Assembly: GCA_034530875.2 (NCBI GenBank) | Contig: JAVRCJ020000002.1 | Coordinates: 342,840-406,839 of the forward strand | From: Nostoc sp. DedSLP01 | Lineage (GTDB): Bacteria > Cyanobacteriota > Cyanobacteriia > Cyanobacteriales > Nostocaceae | Direction: 5' to 3' | DNA length: 64,000 nt | Shown here: positions 61,294 to 64,000 of the stretch, piece after piece | Numbering within the stretch: position 1 is the stretch's first letter | Layout: the number at the start of each line of letters is the position of its first letter | Program-made: the position numbers and the translations under genes | Notes under the pieces: model-generated | What the model was told of the DNA's origin: nothing | The model's database searches: none | The model's input: the letters and a program-made list of their open reading frames with translations, nothing else

Positions 61294-61911
61294 ATGGCAC
61301 GTACAAAAGCTAATGAAATTGAGCGAGAAAGTTCAAGCGATAAAATCGAAAAAATTTTACAAGGGTCAAAACAAGAGTTTTTAGCACATGGCTATACTGG
61401 CGCAAGTATGGATAGGGTAGCGGTAGCAGCAGGTGTGTCTAAAGCAACAATTTACAGCCACTTTCAAGATAAAGAGGGACTTTTTAAAGCCCTGATAGAG
61501 CAGTTAGCAAGAAAAAAATTTGAGTCAATTTTTGGCGCACAAGCTTTAGAAGGAGAACCCAATATTGTACTAAAGCAATTATTAGCTAAAGCATTGACAC
61601 AAATGCTCGAAGACAGCGAATTTCAAGCATTTGAGCGAGTAATAATTGGGGAATCTGCTCGTTTTCCTGAGTTAGCTAGGATTCTCTTTCGCTGCATTGC
61701 TAAACCAGGAAGTGAAATTATTAGTCAATATTTAGCTGCTAACCCAGAACTTGATATTCCCGATCCAGATGCAATGGTATGGGTATTGATGGGTTCAATA
61801 GTGCATTTCGTGATTGCTCAACAGATTATGCATGGTAAAGATGTTTTACCAATGGAAAGCGATCGCCTAATTGATGCTTTAACACACTTGATTAGTAAAT
61901 GCAGTCAATAA
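61294..61911 (+). CDS. TetR/AcrR-family transcriptional regulator
   Basis: GYTGASMDRVAVAAGVSKATIYSHFQDKEGLF helix-turn-helix; RVIIGESARFPELA. Confidence 0.93.
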   Translation: MARTKANEIERESSSDKIEKILQGSKQEFLAHGYTGASMDRVAVAAGVSKATIYSHFQDKEGLFKALIEQLARKKFESIFGAQALEGEPNIVLKQLLAKALTQMLEDSEFQAFERVIIGESARFPELARILFRCIAKPGSEIISQYLAANPELDIPDPDAMVWVLMGSIVHFVIAQQIMHGKDVLPMESDRLIDALTHLISKCSQ

Positions 61912-62174
61912 AACCTACTTCGTGAGAATAGAATAAGTATTGATTACCTGTGACTGCAAAACATTGGTTCGCATCAAATTACATTAGGGAACAGTAAACA
62001 GTTATCAAGGCGTATGGTGTAGTGTTACAGCGTCCCAAAGCTTCCCACGTGCAAGAGACTTTAGCCCCACGATAAACACATCATTCTTTACTAAAAAATA
62101 ATAAATATAACTGACAATATTTATATACAATACTATTTTGTTCTCTCGATATCAAAAATTGCGGAGTAACTTTT

Positions 62175-62951
62175 GTGGCATTAAAAATCAATCAATTATT
62201 CAATTCAGTCAAATATTTACCAGCAATTATAGGTTTAATAACTATTTCTTCCTTGCCAGTTAAAGCCGCTACATTTTTAGCAAGCGATCGCGCTACTTTT
62301 GGGGGTAATGATGAACTTAATTGGGTAAGTTTAGGTAAAGTATTCAATCCCGCTGCTCCTGACTTTTCTGCTTTTTTAGGTAACTCTTTTTCAGCAACAT
62401 CCCAAGGTAGTTTAGGATTAAATGTAAATATAGCGTCAACGAATAATTCTTTCATTACTCCACCATTTGTTTTCCAAACTTTACCTCGTCCTGGTATTCC
62501 AACTAACTTCGCTAACGGTGACTATGTTCTCTTCGGAGGTATAGACCAAAGAGCTTTTGGGCCTAATCCTTCTTTTCCCGCCCCGGGTAATGGCGGGCCT
62601 TTGACTATTACTTTCGATCGCCCTGTTTTTGGTGCTGGGACTCAGATAGCTGTAGACGATCGCCCTACATTCGATATATTTGTTTCAGCTTATGATAGTG
62701 CCAATAACCTTTTAAATACTTTCTCGACCAAAGGTACTTCCTCACTGCTGTTGGATAATTCCGCACTTTTTGTAGGGGTTCGTAGTGATGAGGCAAACAT
62801 CTCACGACTCGTTTTTAGTACTTCTTTTCCACAACAAGGCTTGGCTATCAATAAGATAAGTATTATTGGAGTTCCCGAACCAACTTATACCTTGGCTATA
62901 TTGGTTTTTGGTATTTCAAGTGTTGTTTTGAAAGTAAGACAACGCATTTGA
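62175..62951 (+). CDS. PEP-CTERM sorting-domain surface protein
   Basis: Signal peptide ending VKA/AT; C-terminal VPEPT, hydrophobic helix, KVRQR. Confidence 0.85.
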   Translation: MALKINQLFNSVKYLPAIIGLITISSLPVKAATFLASDRATFGGNDELNWVSLGKVFNPAAPDFSAFLGNSFSATSQGSLGLNVNIASTNNSFITPPFVFQTLPRPGIPTNFANGDYVLFGGIDQRAFGPNPSFPAPGNGGPLTITFDRPVFGAGTQIAVDDRPTFDIFVSAYDSANNLLNTFSTKGTSSLLLDNSALFVGVRSDEANISRLVFSTSFPQQGLAINKISIIGVPEPTYTLAILVFGISSVVLKVRQRI

Positions 62952-62970
62952 TTGTCTCACAGAGTGGGAA

Positions 62971-63129
62971 TATAGGACTCATATTTGATTTGGTGAAAAA
63001 AAATCAGTACACCCAAACAAGGCTTCTTTCCCACTCCCTACTCCCAATTCCCTACTCCCTGTCTATCGCGCTTGCGCTGCGCTTTGCGCACCACGCAAAT
63101 AATTTCATGAATCAAGTCAGATTCCTATA
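62971..63129. mobile_element. MITE-like element, copy 2
   Basis: TATAGGACTCATATTTGATT...CAAATAATTTCATGAATCAAGTCAGATTCCTATA; ends homologous to 17740-17846, with an internal STRR. Confidence 0.7.
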
Positions 63130-63150
63130 GCTTTCATTAAAAAAGTACTA

Positions 63151-63390
63151 TCATTTACCAATCTCCTCGATGAGAGATTTTAAATGTTCGTATCGCCTAT
63201 GATTGACTGACCACTCTTTACAAGCTTCTTTGACAATTAAAATTTCTTCGGCTGACAAAAGCTCGTCGGGTAAACCAGACGCTAAAATCTTTGCGGCTTT
63301 TCGAGCTTTTTTATATTTCACACCGTACTTAACTAGTTCCGTGCAAAATATTTTTTCTTTTTCCTCTACTGATAAAAAATTACTTTGCAT
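63151..63390 (-). CDS. Small hypothetical protein (79 aa)
   Basis: ATG-started ORF with plausible helical composition; no recognised domain. Confidence 0.55.
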   Translation of the reverse strand: MQSNFLSVEEKEKIFCTELVKYGVKYKKARKAAKILASGLPDELLSAEEILIVKEACKEWSVNHRRYEHLKSLIEEIGK

Positions 63391-63589
63391 TATACGAGCA
63401 ATGTAGAACTTATTTGAAACTACATCAGTAAAAATAAGTTTCCGCTTAAAATCCTACAAATTTCAAACCTTACTAACTACTATCTTAGGGTATATGAGTA
63501 TATGTACTTAGTGTGTATCTGCTTGTTTGGTCGATTGGGGCTAGACGGCGCCTTTCTTTACCAAAGAAGGCAGGAAGCAGTCCCAATGT

Positions 63590-63847
63590 AGAGAAAATCT
63601 TGGATCTGAGTTTAATTATTTATTTTGTGGTAGAAAAAATAGGTTAAGTCAAGAAAATTTCATTCCAGTAGTAAAAGTAATGACTGGTACAAATTTTGCT
63701 AACTAACTTAAAAAGCTTGCTGACAAGTTTGATATTAAGGATAGTTCGGGTAAGAGGTGGAATTTTCAGTCACACCAATTTCGTCATACAGTTGGAACTC
63801 GCATGATTAACAACGGAGTTCCACAGCATATTGTTCAAAGATACTGA
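63590..63847 (+). pseudogene. Tyrosine recombinase (Tn554 TnpB-like) fragment
   Basis: RENLGSEFNYLFC...[56 protein letters not shown]: HxxR box, internal TAA at 63704, ends just before the LGH motif. Confidence 0.85.
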
Positions 63848-63872
63848 TACCGTTGGCGAATTCCCCAAACAG

Positions 63873-64000
63873 CTAAACTGAACCGATTAGTTCAGAAATG
63901 AAACGATTGAGAACCTTCTGAACATTTTTATACCCAGTAGCTTGCTTACCTAATTTCAGTTCAGACAAAATGCGATCGCGTAAAATTTCAAGTTCTCTTA
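63873..64000 (-). CDS. C-terminal end of a hypothetical protein (5' end outside the window)
   Basis: Open frame ...RELEILRDRILSELKLGKQATGYKNVQKVLNRFISELIGSV*. Confidence 0.6.
   Translation of the reverse strand, partial: RELEILRDRILSELKLGKQATGYKNVQKVLNRFISELIGSV

Overview
Chromosomal segment of an AT-rich, heterocyst-forming cyanobacterium (Nostocales), judged from frequent HIP1 octamers (GCGATCGC), heptamer tandem repeats (STRR) and hep genes. Layout: (1) 3' part of a YegI-like kinase-TM-TPR gene; (2) the heterocyst envelope polysaccharide (HEP) island, ~2.4-27.9 kb (rfbF, lhgO, epimerase, sugar C-methyltransferase, 2OG-Fe oxygenase, rfbC, SAF oxidoreductase, Wzc, hepC, hepA, Wzy-like protein, many glycosyltransferases); (3) Uma2 plus a coupled P-loop ATPase / degenerate-NTPase-TPR pair; (4) ahcY, MscS, and two small conserved genes sharing a 46-nt leader, alternating with two large repeat surface proteins; (5) hepB locus, beta-propeller protein, secreted Arg/Tyr/His-rich repeat protein, aspartoacylase, N-acylglucosamine 2-epimerase, crtH and an IsaR1-like sRNA with a Fur box; (6) two tandem DevBCA-type exporters, a TetR regulator with visible operators, a PEP-CTERM protein and a truncated tyrosine recombinase. 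Intergenic DNA holds many small, sometimes nested, repeats and MITE-like elements. No rRNA, tRNA or CRISPR array was seen. Best candidates for something undescribed: the shared 46-nt leader, the ATPase/degenerate-NTPase-TPR pair and the nested 45-47-nt structured elements. All family calls come from motif recognition, not database searches.
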